Shown here in pieces: positions 47,753-60,000 of a DNA stretch of 60,000 nucleotides. The first letter of the stretch is position 1. Each line of letters starts with the position of its first letter. The position numbers and the translations under genes were made by a program. The notes below the pieces were generated by a model. The model saw only the letters and a list, made by a program, of their open reading frames with translations, ran no database searches and had not been told where the DNA came from. The stretch is from Mobula hypostoma (Eukaryota). The stretch covers positions 33,234,001 to 33,294,000 of the forward strand of contig NC_086109.1 in assembly GCF_963921235.1 (NCBI RefSeq). Reading direction: 5' to 3'.

Positions 47753-50700
47753 AGCCCTGGTCTCAGAAGAATAGTGCAGCAAGGATCTCTGCAGCCCAGT
47801 ATCATCACTTGGGTGGGCAACAAAATTTGATTTCATACACTGCCAAAGTAAATCTGAGTCATGGTGCTTTTATAAGTATACTTGTTTTAATTGTGCCATA
47901 AACATTAGAGCAATTCAGAATTATCATCTACTTTCCATGGTCCCAAATGGAACTAGAGAAAGTTTTAAATATTGCTGGGGGCATCATTGTTCCTGCATCA
48001 TATTAAAACAATATTTGTAAATATTTGTAAACCCTTGGGTTTTGGCCCGAAGCGTCAATTGTACTTTTTTCCATAGGTGCTGCCTCGCCTGCTGAGTTCC
48101 TCCAGTAGTTTGTGTGTGTTGCTCGCATTTTCAGCATCTGCAGATTTTCTCTTGTTTTTGATATTTGTACAAAGCTGGGATAATGTGCAGATAGTTACAT
48201 GGAGCATTGCAGATCCTCACTCATTTCCACCGTGCCCACACTCAGTCGGTGAAGTAAAGTGATTAATGGTACAGATATGATACAATCTAGCAAGATACTG
48301 TCCTCATCCTAAATGACACCAGTGACCCCTGTGTTACTGGGGGTTGTGTTCCTAGAAAACTGTCCACTTCGCCACTTTTGTAACATCATCTGCCCATGTC
48401 AGACATCTGAGTTGACCAACTTAGCAGAAGTTCTGTGAGAAAGAACATTAATCTGCAACTCAGATTTTTTGGTAATGATTTATGAAGTCTGCACAGGCAA
48501 ACTTCCATTGCCATAAAGGTAATGTTATTTTATTCAGTTCACATACGTACTCATTGCAATCATCTACCCTTGTCTCAAACAACACTTTGTTTCACCACAA
48601 GCAGCAAGTACAATGTCAAGCTGAGTGTTACATAGTAAAATTGGGTAAGGCATATATTGAAATTTAAGTCATTCTGATGTTGATTAAAATAAAGAATATA
48701 TTGTCATACAATGATAAGAATGTAGAATAAACTAGCAAGAAAGCTGCAGTAGACTCAATTGGATTCAAAATGGAATTATTTGATTTTTAACTTCTTGATG
48801 TATGTAGAATTCATATATACATATACAGTGTTTACTTCCTAAACAACAGTTGTTTAGGAAGATTAACTAAAGTTAAAACATTAAAGAAACGTGAGGAGGA
48901 GAATGGAATTAGAATACTATTGACAGCCTATACCGTTGATGTCCTGTTGGTGGCAGTAAGGCATCAGAGAATGATGCATCTCTCTAGGACAGAGAAAATG
49001 ATATCACTACAGAAATGTTGTGGATGGTGATGTTCAAGAATGTCAACAGAAGGAACGTGGTATGAAAGAAATTTTTTCAATCTGGAAAAGTGTTAAGTGA
49101 TTCACTTTGGAAGGTTAAACTTGAAGGCAGAATATAGGGTTAATTGCAGGATTCTTAACAATGTAGAGGACCAGAGGGATGCCGAGGTCCATATCCATAG
49201 GTAGGCCAGTCCAGGTGCTGCTGAGAGTAACCACACGCCACCCCATTCTTCCTTGTCAAGTCAATGGAATCACACAACTTCTCACACTCACTTGCAATCA
49301 TGCATTCCCAACACTTCCTGCGAGCATCAGCACCCTCATCAATCTGCCCCTGCCACCCATCTTGAAACTTAGGCAATTTCATGCCTCTTGATACTCACAT
49401 GCACCTAATAATAAGTAAACAAATATCTGTGTGTAACCATACAACTGTTCTTCCCATCTTTGTAAAAAGGGCACAGAATACTAGGGAGAGGGAGAAGGTG
49501 CTCACCAGATTTATACAAGTGGCAAACTAGAGAGTAGATCTACAACATCTTGACATCCAGAGCATTAAATGAGAACATTCCCAGTTCAGGATCAAATACA
49601 GAACACTCAAAGGTCATGAAATACCTTTCTAGGTTTGCATATTTTCAATAGTGAGCAAAATATGACCATTTTCAAAATGAGAAATGGTAATATTTTCACT
49701 CAATTAAGGTATTTACACATGCAGGCGTTGGCCAATAGTGATTCCTCTGATAGGATGATTTCTTCCAAGGATGCTGTTTCCCAGGATTCATCTGGACTAA
49801 ACACTATCAATAAAAAACCTGCATGTTGATGGATCTAAGTACTTGGATGCTGAACAACTCAAATTCTGTAAGTGAACAAGAGAAGGCAATGGTGCAAGGG
49901 ACAATCAAAGGAGAGTCAATGTCAGAGACTCACAAAGCTGGTTACAGAATCCCGATCACTGGAGGACCAGAGAGGCTGCAGAAATGCTGCAAATGATTGA
50001 TTGGCATTCTAGCCACTCTGACCATGCTCATGAAGAAATGTGGTCGACTCCCTTCATTCTCAAAAGGAGTCATTTTTTACAATTTGAATCAATATGGCCA
50101 CAGGTGCCACAAGCCCATCATCACGGGCCTAAGGGCCTGTTCCATGTTGTAAAGTTCTTTTTTTCTATTTATGGTTGATAAAATGCTACGGATAAACATA
50201 CAGGCAGGAAATGGGTTGCAATGACACAGAATAAGAATGCAAAGGGTTCTGTGTTGCTCTGGATCTCTGCAGAATCTCCTGTGTTTATGGAGGGATATGA
50301 ATATTGCAGAGGCTGAGTAATTAGTTTAGTGAAATATTTAGTTACTAATTAGTTTAGCACGACATCAGGAGCTGAATGGCCTGTTTCTTTGCTTTACAGT
50401 TCTATGTTATATGTTCTCTTCACCCCTCTCCACCCTGCCACATTATTCCCCTCCCTCTCTCCCTCACTCCCTCACTGACCAGCTTCTTCACTACCTTTCC
50501 CCCTCCATCACTCCCCCCCCCTCTCTACTTCCCACTCTCGGATGTCCCAAGGAGAGGGGTTGTCCCATTTTGGGGCACAACTTCTGGGATTTTGTCTCCT
50601 TCCGTCGCCCCACCGCTGCTTTCTTTCTGTCCTGGGAATGCCGTGCCATGTCGATGTTTGTGTAGAGTAGATCATGACAACTCTCCCCCGTGGTGCCGTG

Positions 50701-51304
50701 TGTGTCCTGGTTCTTTCTGTGGATGTAGATTCAGTTTCACCGTGGTGCTGTTTATCATGGGGTATCCCTGCCTCCTCGATTTCAGCCCGCCACATCTGGC
50801 CAGTGCTCCAGGGCACGGGAGTTAGAGAGTTATCCTCTTCCCACCCTCACCCATCAGCCCTTCCTCTGCCATTGTCTTTGGGGAGGGATGGAGGGCTGAG
50901 TGATTGTTGCTTCTGACGGAGGGCTGGTGAGGAGCGAGGGTGCACTGAGGGTGAACAGGAAGGAGAGAGGGAGGGAGCACTGATGGAAGGATAGGGACAT
51001 TACTAGCCCAACCAACCCTGGTACACCAAACAAGGTCTTTTGTTCCAAACAATTACTTCATTGGTTATTACGGAAAGTCTTCACCCTCCCTCCTACTTCC
51101 TACACTTGCTCCTCTCTCTCTCACTCTTCCTGCTTCCTCTCCCCTTTCTCTTCCCACCACTGCTCCCTCGCCCCTCTACACTAAATCACCCTCTCTCATC
51201 TCCCTCCTCACTTACTCTCCCTCCCCACTTCCCGTTCCTAACCCCCACACAAGGTCTCTTAAGAATTGCAGGAGACTAGGGAGGAGTCTTAAACTAGGCT
51301 CTTG

Positions 51305-52180
51305 AACTCAGTCCCATGGTTGATGAAGGCCAACACACCATACGCCTTCTTAACAACACTGTCAACCTGCACAGCAGCTTTGAGTGTCCTATAGACATGG
51401 ACCCCAGGATCTCTGATCCTCCACACTGCCAAGAGTCTTAACATTAATATTATATTCTGGCCTCAAATTTGACCTACTGAAATGAACCACTTCACACTTA
51501 TCTGGGTTGAACTCCATCTGCCACTTCTCAGCCCAGTTCTGCATCCTATTGATGTCCCACTGTGACCTCTGACAGCCCTCCACACTATCCACAACACCCC
51601 CAACTTTTGTGTCATCAGCAAACTTACTAAACCACCCTTCTACTTCTTCATCCAGTTCATTTATAAAATTCACAAAAAGGAGGGGGTGGGGTGGTCCCAG
51701 AACAGATTCCTGCGGAACACCATTGGGCACCGTCCTCCATGCAGAATACAAACCATCCACAACCACCCTTTGCCTTCTGTGGTCAAGTGAATTCTCAATC
51801 CACAAAGCAAGATCTCCTTGGATCCCATGCCTCATTACTTTCCGAATAAGCCTCACACGGGGAACCTTATCAAATGCCTTACTGAAATCCATATACACTA
51901 CATCCACTGCTCTACCTTCATCAATGTGTTTTGTTACTTCCTCAAAGCATTCAGACAGGTTCGTAAGGCATGACCTGCCCTTGACAAAGCCATGCTGAAT
52001 ATCCCTAAACAGATTATGTCTCCAAATGCTCATAAATCCTGCCTCTCAGGATCTTGTCTAACAACTTGCCCACTACTGAAGTAAGATTCACTGGTCTATA
52101 ATTTTCTGGGTTATCTTTATTCCTTTTCTTGAACAAGGGAACAATGTCTGCAATCCTCCAAACCTCTGGTACTTCTGTGT
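51305..52180 (-). mobile_element. CR1 LINE RT fragment
   Basis: ORF 51389-52033 has QHGFVKGRSCLTNL, VDVVYMDFSKAFDKV, GVPQESVLGP and KFADDTK. Confidence 0.92.
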
Positions 52181-52366
52181 AACATTAACAGAGGTAATGT
52201 TACAGCTATATAAGACCTTAGTTAGACCCCACTTGGAGTACTGTGATCAGTACCTTGTCCAGTTCTGCTGACCTATCTAACTTACTACCTTTCAAAAGCT
52301 CCAGCATGTCTTCTTTCTTAATGTCTATACATTCAAGCATTTCAGACCGGTGTAAGTCATCCCCAC

Positions 52367-52812
52367 TCATCGTCATCATCATCATGGCTTGGCTTTGTGA
52401 ATGAAGATTTAGGAAGGGGGCTGCCCACATCCACTGCAGGCTCGCTGGTGGCTGACGAGGCCAATACGGGACAGGCAGGCCCGGCTACAGCGGCTGCAAG
52501 GGAAATCCTGAGGAGGATGGTCGTAGATGTGGGCGTGTCCTTCGGCCTGCGCAATGGTATTTTAGATGGAGTGCAGTGTGCGCGGTACTGGCCCCACCCT
52601 TTACACCCGGGATTCATCTGCCAAAGCCTAGCAAGCTGGGACGGTGACAGCGAGGTCCTCGGGTCGTAGGATTTACGTCGGAGTGTCCTTCTCGGAGGTG
52701 GATGGCCTGACAAGGCTAACGAGCCCCACCTGCCCGCGTTTGAATTCAGAGTTGTCCTTCTTTTAGTCCGGCTGCCAACCAAGGCTAACGAGCCCAGGCT
52801 ACCCATCCAGTT
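52367..52812 (-). mobile_element. RTE-related short element with (GAT)n tail
   Basis: ATC-triplet run at the left end, RTE-like 3' UTR (GGTGGCTGACGAGGCCAATACGGGA) and duplicated AAGGCTAACGAGCCC. Family assignment tentative. Confidence 0.5.
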
Positions 52813-53369
52813 ACACTGCTGGACACTTGTTCACGCCATGACATAGCAAGCTCAGTGGAAACGGGGGGCACTGATGAGAAGCTGTTGCTACGGACACAGT
52901 GATGTAGGAGAGGCCATTTGCAGTGGCTTCCTGCCTAGGAGGCCAGACAGTGACCACGCGGCGATCACCACACCGGGAAAGGAGAGGCGATGTATTGTGC
53001 ATTCCCTTTCCATGGGTGAGTGGGACGTCAGGCCCAGACCTCACCCGCCACCCCCCCCCCCACCAAGGCACCCATTAAGTAAACAATTATTCTAAATCTA
53101 CACATGTAGTAAGTGGAAAATCAAAGCCAAGGCCAAATAAAAGAGGAAACCTACTTTAGGAAAATGAAGAACCAATCCTGTAGAAATTACGTGTGAACAG
53201 ATGACTGAGGGTTTGAGTTTGTATATAAACTTAGTATTCCAACTTGTTAAGCCTAGTGATGAAATCAGAACTAATTGTACCATCAGTGCTGAGTCTAATG
53301 GAACTCGGCTCCTTGTGCAGCTCGATCCTCCATTTCCTCACTTGCAGGCCTCAGACAGTATGAATTGGC

Positions 53370-54830
53370 AATAGCCTGGTAATGAAGCAGTTAACACGAC
53401 ACTGTTACAGTTTAGGGTGCCATTGGTAAGGAGTTTGTACATCCTCCCTGTGGCCGCATGGATCTCCTCCAATTGACCATAGTTCAAAGACGTATTGGTT
53501 GGTAGGTCAATTGATTATTGTAAATTGTCCTGTGATTTACAATAAGCATTGGTGAGGCCAAATTTGGAGTATTGTGTACAGTTTTGGTCACCGAATTATG
53601 GGAAAGATGTCAACAAAATAGATTAGATTATGAAGACACGTAGTCCCCTTTTATTGTCATTTAGTAATGCATGCATTAAGAAATGATACATTATTTCCTC
53701 TGGTGTGATATCACAAAACACAGGACAAACCAAGACTGAAAAAACTGACAAAACCACATAATTATACACATAGTTACAACAGTGCACAATACCATAACTT
53801 GATGAAGAAAGTCTGTGAGCACAGTAAAATTCAAAGTTTCTCAAATGTCCCATATCTCACACAGTCAGAAGAGGGAAGAAAAACTCTCCCTGCCATGCTG
53901 ACTACAATCCGACTCTGAGTCATCCAAAAACTTCGAGCTCTGATCAGCTCTCCGACACCAAGTACTGAGCACCATCTCTGTCCGAATGATTCGACCTTTT
54001 TCTCGGTCACTAAAAGCAGGCAAGGCCGGGGATTTTGAGGCCTACCCTCTGAAAGATTCCCGACCACACACTAACGACAGCAGCGGACGGGCGTTTCAGA
54101 AATTTCTCCAGATGTTCCTCTGTGATTTCACGTCCATTCTCCATCAAATCAGAATTGTCCACGGCCCTTATTTAACAGATACGAAATCATTTTTCACCGG
54201 AGAGCTGCGCACGCGCGGCGTGCTGCCATCTTCTCCTCCCGCCTACAGAGAGTACAGAGAAGATTTACTAGAATATTATCTGAGTTTCATCACCTAAGTT
54301 ACAGAGAAAGGTTGAACAAGGCGGGTCTTTATTCTTTGGAACGTAGAAAATTGAGGGGGGACTTGTTAGAGGTATTTAAAATTATGAGGGGGATAGATAG
54401 AGTTGACGTGGATAGGCTTTTTCCATTGAGAGTGGGGGAGATTCAAACAAGAGGACATGAGTTGAGAGTTAAAGGGCAAAAGTTTAGGGGTAACATGAGG
54501 GGGAACTTCTTTACTCAGAGAGTGGTAGCTGTGTGGAACGAGCTTCCAGCAGAAGTGGTTGAGGCAGGTTCGATGTTGTCGTTTAAAGTTAAATTGGATA
54601 GATATATGGACAGGAAAGGAATGGAGAGTTATGGGCTGAGTGCAGGTTGGTGGGACTAGGAGAGAGTAAGGGTTCGGCACGGACTAGAAGGGCCAGGATG
54701 GCCTGTTTCCGTGCTGTAATTGTTATATGGTTATATTAGACTAGGGTTAAATAGGTGAGTTGCTGGGCAGTGCGACTCCGGCTGAATGGGCCTGTCCTGC
54801 ACTATATCTCTAAACAATTAAAAAATAATA
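53370..54830 (+). mobile_element. nested insertion: V-SINE > CR1 3' end > unknown minus-strand element
   Basis: V-SINE 5' half to 53537 resumes at about 54737. CR1 53538-53622 resumes at about 54246-54736 (ORF 54312-54659). Inner element about 53623-54245. Confidence 0.8.
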
Positions 54831-57699
54831 GATAAATGAATTTCAGGGTAGTATATGATCACATAATAAATTTACTTTGAAACTTGAACCTTTAGGTGGC
54901 GTGGGGCAAGATGCCAGCGAATGTCTGAGGGAAAGATGGAAACTGGATGGACATGAGCAGTCTTATCACACCTGACAAAGAAGGAGCCTGTTCAGTTACA
55001 ATGTCAGCAGGGTAAGACGAAAGAGCTGGTCTGCACATTAACAAATCAGTGAGAAAACTAAAGTTTGGACCCCTAACTGAGTCGCAGTGAACTATTTAAA
55101 GCTCAGAACTAAACTAAGATAGCGTGGAGAAGCACAAGATCGTCTGAGAGGCAATCCTGTGACTAAACCTCCCCCTCAGGATACAGCCCCTACATTGGAC
55201 AATAATCCGAATCAATGATGCCATCCGAACTTAGAGGAATGCAGAATGGAAGCCACAGCACTCTCTAGTGATGCAAGGGATGATAATGTGACAAGGTTGA
55301 AATCGTTTCTATCTGGTTACAAATAATCGTTCAAATCATTTTAAAAAAGAGTTAAAACAATTTATTTCACAAACAGGAGAGATTCTGCAGATGCTGGAAA
55401 TAATTTATTTCATGTGAATATCATTTCATATTGAGAAAAGAAATGGGCTATTACTTAAAAACATGCAAATATGTTCAGTTGAAAATTCTGAGGATCTGAA
55501 TGCAAGGTATTATTTTATACTATTGAGCTCTGAATCTGCCGTCGACTGGTAAGGGCTTACATTCAATCTTCAGCACGCGATTACCAGAATGCTTGGGGAG
55601 GGTCTGCACACACTGTACTCGTTCCATAAAGTGACTGGTGCATGAACGTGTTTCCTTTGTCATATTCCTTTTTCAGGGGTACTACAGTGACAGTAATGAG
55701 AAAAATAGGACTGGCAGCCATGTCACGACTGTTCCATTCATGACCGAGCAAGTGAGGTGTGCAGGAATGGCAATGGGCCCTGTGAAAGAAGACCCGTGTT
55801 TTCTCACCAATCTGCAGAACCTGAGAAGATTGATAGGCCAGGTACAAAGAGGTTTAATGATCTGGCTTGATTGTCTGCTTGTTAATAATATATACAGTAA
55901 TAGTTGATGTTATTCAAATTCTGGTCTCTCTGTTTTCTCCTCAACAAGTCCAGCAGCTGATGTGTACCACTGGTGCTGACATGGGAGAGGATAAGAAAAA
56001 TTTACAAGCTGGTTGGAATGCCATTAGCTGTGGTTGAATGAACAGACCCAACACTAACAGCCCGGGGAAAGGTAGTTGGCTGCAAGCAGAAGAACGCTGA
56101 GGATGTCCCTGAATATGCGGGCCCTTCAGAACAGTGTGGTTGGACCACACGGGGAGTTCCAGGGGTAAATAGAGATTACAGAGGGATCTGATAACCCTCC
56201 AATAATTTCAACTTCTATGGACCACCTGAAGCCAGATTGTGCCAGAATGGTCTGGTTAACCAAATCGAACTGGAATCAGCCCAACACCTCATGCAACTGG
56301 GTAGTGGTAACGGTGACTCTAGTGGAATGAGATGTGTATGTGTGTATTAAATACGAAAGTTATGACCAAAGGAAAAATGGCTGGAGTCGCTTAGCACTTT
56401 AGTGCAAAGGTATTTATTAGTTGTGTCAAAAATCAGATTTACAAAACTTTATGAAATTGTGAAAAGAAAACTGCCAATATTTACATAAAGGTATCTACCA
56501 GAAAACACAGTAATAGCTCTGTACTTGTGAACCCCTATCTCTCCCCAACTGAGGGTATGATCTCCTTTTCATTCAGTACAAGGACATACTATCTTTAATT
56601 GTCAACAAAGTTAACTTTAGACTACACATTGATGCACCCCACAATGTAGTTACAATCATATTACAAAATGAACGGGTATCTACCTTAAATACAGTATACA
56701 AACAACATATACACATTTAAATATCTCCATTACTAAAGAAATGGAATATTCCGCAGTGTATGACAGGAGAGGCACCATCAAACCAACTCAAACGTATCAG
56801 CTTGGTTTATGGACAATTACAAGAATATGCCAGGGAAGACACTGAAGTGTGTGCACTCAACGCAGTGACACCAGAATGACGAGGGGTGAGTGTGTGTGTA
56901 TAAGGAGTGCATTTACCGAGTGCTTTCCATCACTGTGTGCCTGGGGGAGGGGAAGTGGGAGGGGCACCACACATCAATGAGACAAATTCATCTGGAGAGC
57001 TCCTGCAGCCTCAGGACTGCCCACTGCTCCTGCAGTGGGATCTCCCGGTGCACAGTTTCACCCACACCCTGGAGTAGCCCTTCTCTGTCCATCTGTCACA
57101 TTGACATCCGATGGCTGTCGGACACTGTTAAAACAGTGCAGCCTCAACAACTGGTGGGCTCCTTTTGCTTGGCAGTGGTCGTGGGTTAATACTGCAAGGT
57201 ATCAAATGACTTCTGTCCAATTGGCTTGGGTTGCATTATCATCCGAACTATGAGGGGCAGAATGAAATCATTACCAGAGCTAAAAAGGAAAATCTGCACA
57301 TGTTGCAAATAAATTCTCCAGTCAAAGCCTTTCTCCAGAGCTGAGGAATTTAGACACTTAATAGTTGAAAAACAAGTGCAGTAACAGGAAACATTCCCTC
57401 TCACACTGACCTCCAGTCTCCACGATGACCTGGGGCCAATACGAGTTAAATTCATACAGGCATCGTTGCCCCATCTTCCTTCAGAACTTTTCTTTGGCAG
57501 AAATGAAATGAACAATTTCCTTGACCAGAGACACTGGTGACATTCTCTGTAACTGGGACAAAGGTTACCCACAAATCCTTCACTAATCAGTAAAGTTTGT
57601 CCAAACCAGTCTTTTTTGCTGCCTTTTCACGCTCATTCACTTAAGTTGGGGCACAATCCTTTGCTAGTCAGAAAAGAAACACATGTTCCCTACAAAGAT

Positions 57700-58640
57700 T
57701 GATGTAAAGTTTCAGGAAATGTAGGGGAGGCTGGACCCAGAAGCTGAGTAGCGGAGATGATTTAGTAGGAAGTGATATTTTACTAATAAACTGCAAAATA
57801 ACCAGCCATGAGAGGCCACATCACAAGACAGAACATGACAAGATGACAAGGCAACTGAAGGTTAGGAACAACTGGCTGAGGCTGGCTAGCTCGATGGGTG
57901 AACAAGGACTGCAGATGAGAGCTGTGTTTAAATGGGCTACTGGTGATGTGTTAGAAATGAATGGCAGGTGTCTCCTGTTTGCTGTGTGGAGACTTGGAGG
58001 TGCCTGCCTGTGCAGAAGACCTTCCCCCTACTTGAAGGCCCAGGACGATATGGATGGTTCTGGTGAAACTCCTTGATGAGCAATGGATCCAAGTTGAAAC
58101 TGGACCCTCTTCCAGGTCATGCCCTTTCCTCCCAGTTGACCAGGTACTACACACCGCGTCCACGATGGAATGCATGCATCAACCAGTGAACTGTGTACAC
58201 CAGGCCACCTTCCACCGCTCTTGGTTCCAGAACTGCTGACTCGGGTAGGTTGAGTGGCCCATTGACAATGTGCTTAAGGCAGGTGAGTGGAGTCCTAAGG
58301 GACAGTGGCGGTGGGAGACTGCAAGTGACTGGATTGATGCAATGGGTGATCTTTAAAGGATCAATGAACCAGGGAAAGAGCTTGGGGGAGTCGATGCACA
58401 GGTTGGAGTAGTCTGGCTGGATGCCAGTGGCGTTTAGCCTGGTGGCAGTAGTTGTGGTTGGGAGCCAGGATGGCCCTCTGTGCCCTCTTCCAAGCATTCT
58501 GGCATTGGTGAAGTAAGGGTCTTCCACCCTTAGCTTGTCCACAGGAAACAAGGGAGTTTGGTGGCCATGAAGCACTTCAAAGGGTGATGCACCATTGGCA
58601 GAGGAGGTGCGCGGACTGGGGGACAGTGTGGCTCACAATA
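57700..58640 (-). mobile_element. decayed chromovirus (Sushi-like) Gypsy 3' end: integrase GPY/F region, chromodomain, LTR remnant
   Basis: SPKLFPWFIDPLKITHCINPVTC resembles KL.PRFIGPF.I...INPV.Y; YTV..LM and YLVNWE..G...EE chromodomain-like text; purine run before an LTR-like stretch. Confidence 0.65.
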
Positions 58641-58976
58641 GATACTTCTTCCATGTGAAAGGATTAGAGGCAGTGAAACACCACTGAAACTTCCCCACTT
58701 GCTGATTGGCTCTTTCTGTTTGACCATTGGTTTGTGGACGATAGCTGTAGGATAAACTCACTAAGGTGCAGAGGAGGGAGCAGAAGGCTCACCAGAAGCA
58801 GGACCCTAACAAAATTAACACAAACGCTAGAAAGTCTAAACCAAACAAAAAAAAATGCTGTCTGATAAAGTGCTTTTGGCCGGAATCGTAATCGTTTCTC
58901 TTTCCTCAAATGCTGCCTGGCTTGGTGAGTGTATCCAGCATGTTTTTTTGTTATAGATCCTGTTAAGCTTTTTAGT

Positions 58977-59105
58977 CCTGACGAAGGGTTTCGGCCTGAA
59001 ACATCGACTGTATCTCTTCCTAAAGATGCTGCCTGGCCTGCTGCGTTCACCAGCAACTTTGATGTGTGTTGCTTGAATTTCCAGCATCTGCAGAATTCCT
59101 TGTGT
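58977..59105 (+). mobile_element. 129-bp hammerhead-bearing Penelope-derived insertion with 14-bp TSD
   Basis: CTGACGA-AGGGTTTCGGCCT-GAAA-CATCGACTG; flanked by TTAAGCTTTTTAGT at 58963-58976 and 59106-59119. Confidence 0.8.
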
Positions 59106-59739
59106 TTAAGCTTTTTAGTACTAGTTGGCTCATGCATAGGAGTAAAAAGAACAGGTAAACAACTAAACACTACAACCTTTCTCAAGATTAGCAGAGACGA
59201 GTTATGAGTAATACCAATAGCGATCTTCTCATTCTAAAAAAAAACATCTCTAAGTGTGTGACTACTGAGTTCGATATTTCCAAACTTCAGGAACACTAAT
59301 CCTATACACGCATCTCCTGAAGCATCATCAAACCTGCATATGATTTCCTTTCGAAGCTACACTTTACTTTAAGATCTTGAATAGTGGATTTATTAAGTTC
59401 TGGCACCAGCAACCTCTAACTCATTTCTTGTTTGGAAAGTAGGAAATGTGTAATGTTGTTGTAGTAATCTCATGCACAGCTAAAAATTACTGTCACTGCA
59501 GATTGGATAGGAAGTGGTAACTATGGAAAAACTATCATGATCTTTATGGATCAGTCTGGTGAAATAAAACCTTTCATTATTTTTATTAAAATTTAATCTT
59601 ATTTTTCTGCAATGTTTTCATATGATCTTATAGCATTTCTTTAAAATTTTGTGTGCATATGAATCCAGCAAAATTAAAGGAATTGCTATTCAATTGATTT
59701 TCATTTAATCTAGCTGTATTTATGCATAGATATTTATTG

Positions 59740-60000
59740 TTCTGGGGTTTGGGATGTCCAGGAAGGGGTAGCACCCCTGGTGAAGGGGCATGTCAGGTCC
59801 TGGGGCAGCTCACTCACCTTTGATTCCCAACAGATACCTAGCTTTCACCTGTGGCTCCTAGTATCTGTTTGCATGCAACAGCGGCCACACCCCAGGCAGT
59901 CTAAACCAGGCGAGGGTAGCTGGTGGCCTCATAAGTCAGTGAGATAGGGACATGTCTGCTGTAGCATGCGACATTAGCTCCAGTGGACTGGGCAGATGAG
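59740..60000 (+). mobile_element. probable RTE-type element 5' region
   Basis: GC-rich block GGAAGGGGTAGCACCCCTGGTGAAGGGG...GGCCACACCCCAGGCA...TAAACCAGGCGAGGGTAGCTG resembles RTE 5' UTRs from memory; no ORF evidence. Confidence 0.45.

Noticed and set aside
57186..57572. 128-aa minus-strand ORF, and the search for IP6K3 exons downstream of LEMD2
   Set aside because: No recognisable motif (for example HQVGGH or PxxxDxKxG) and no convincing splice context.

Overview
Eukaryotic, vertebrate DNA. The repeat complement (CR1/HER1-type LINEs, V-SINEs, Penelope-like elements, Rex1, Tc1, hAT) points to a cartilaginous fish, probably a ray; the taxon is an inference. Two spliced + strand genes could be rebuilt by hand with GT-AG sites and consistent phases. 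(1) Prepromotilin (MLN): coding exons 1440-1556, 1771-1884, 5075-5183 and 6002-6009, 115 aa, with a predicted 22-aa mature peptide FLSFLSPSDYQRKLENDRIRTE whose N-terminus resembles ghrelin. (2) LEMD2: 9 coding exons, 10783-36573, 786 aa, with a large 12-aa (36-bp) tandem-repeat expansion in the nucleoplasmic low-complexity region. The MLN-LEMD2 tandem order matches the human locus. The rest is mostly transposon debris. It includes a full-length but decayed Gypsy LTR element (40061-44424, - strand) that lacks a tRNA primer site and instead has a perfect 15-nt complement to its own LTR (candidate self-priming), many short Penelope-derived elements with minimal hammerhead-ribozyme motifs, and several nested insertions with visible target-site duplications. 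Exon and TSD coordinates were read exactly; boundaries of decayed repeats are approximate.
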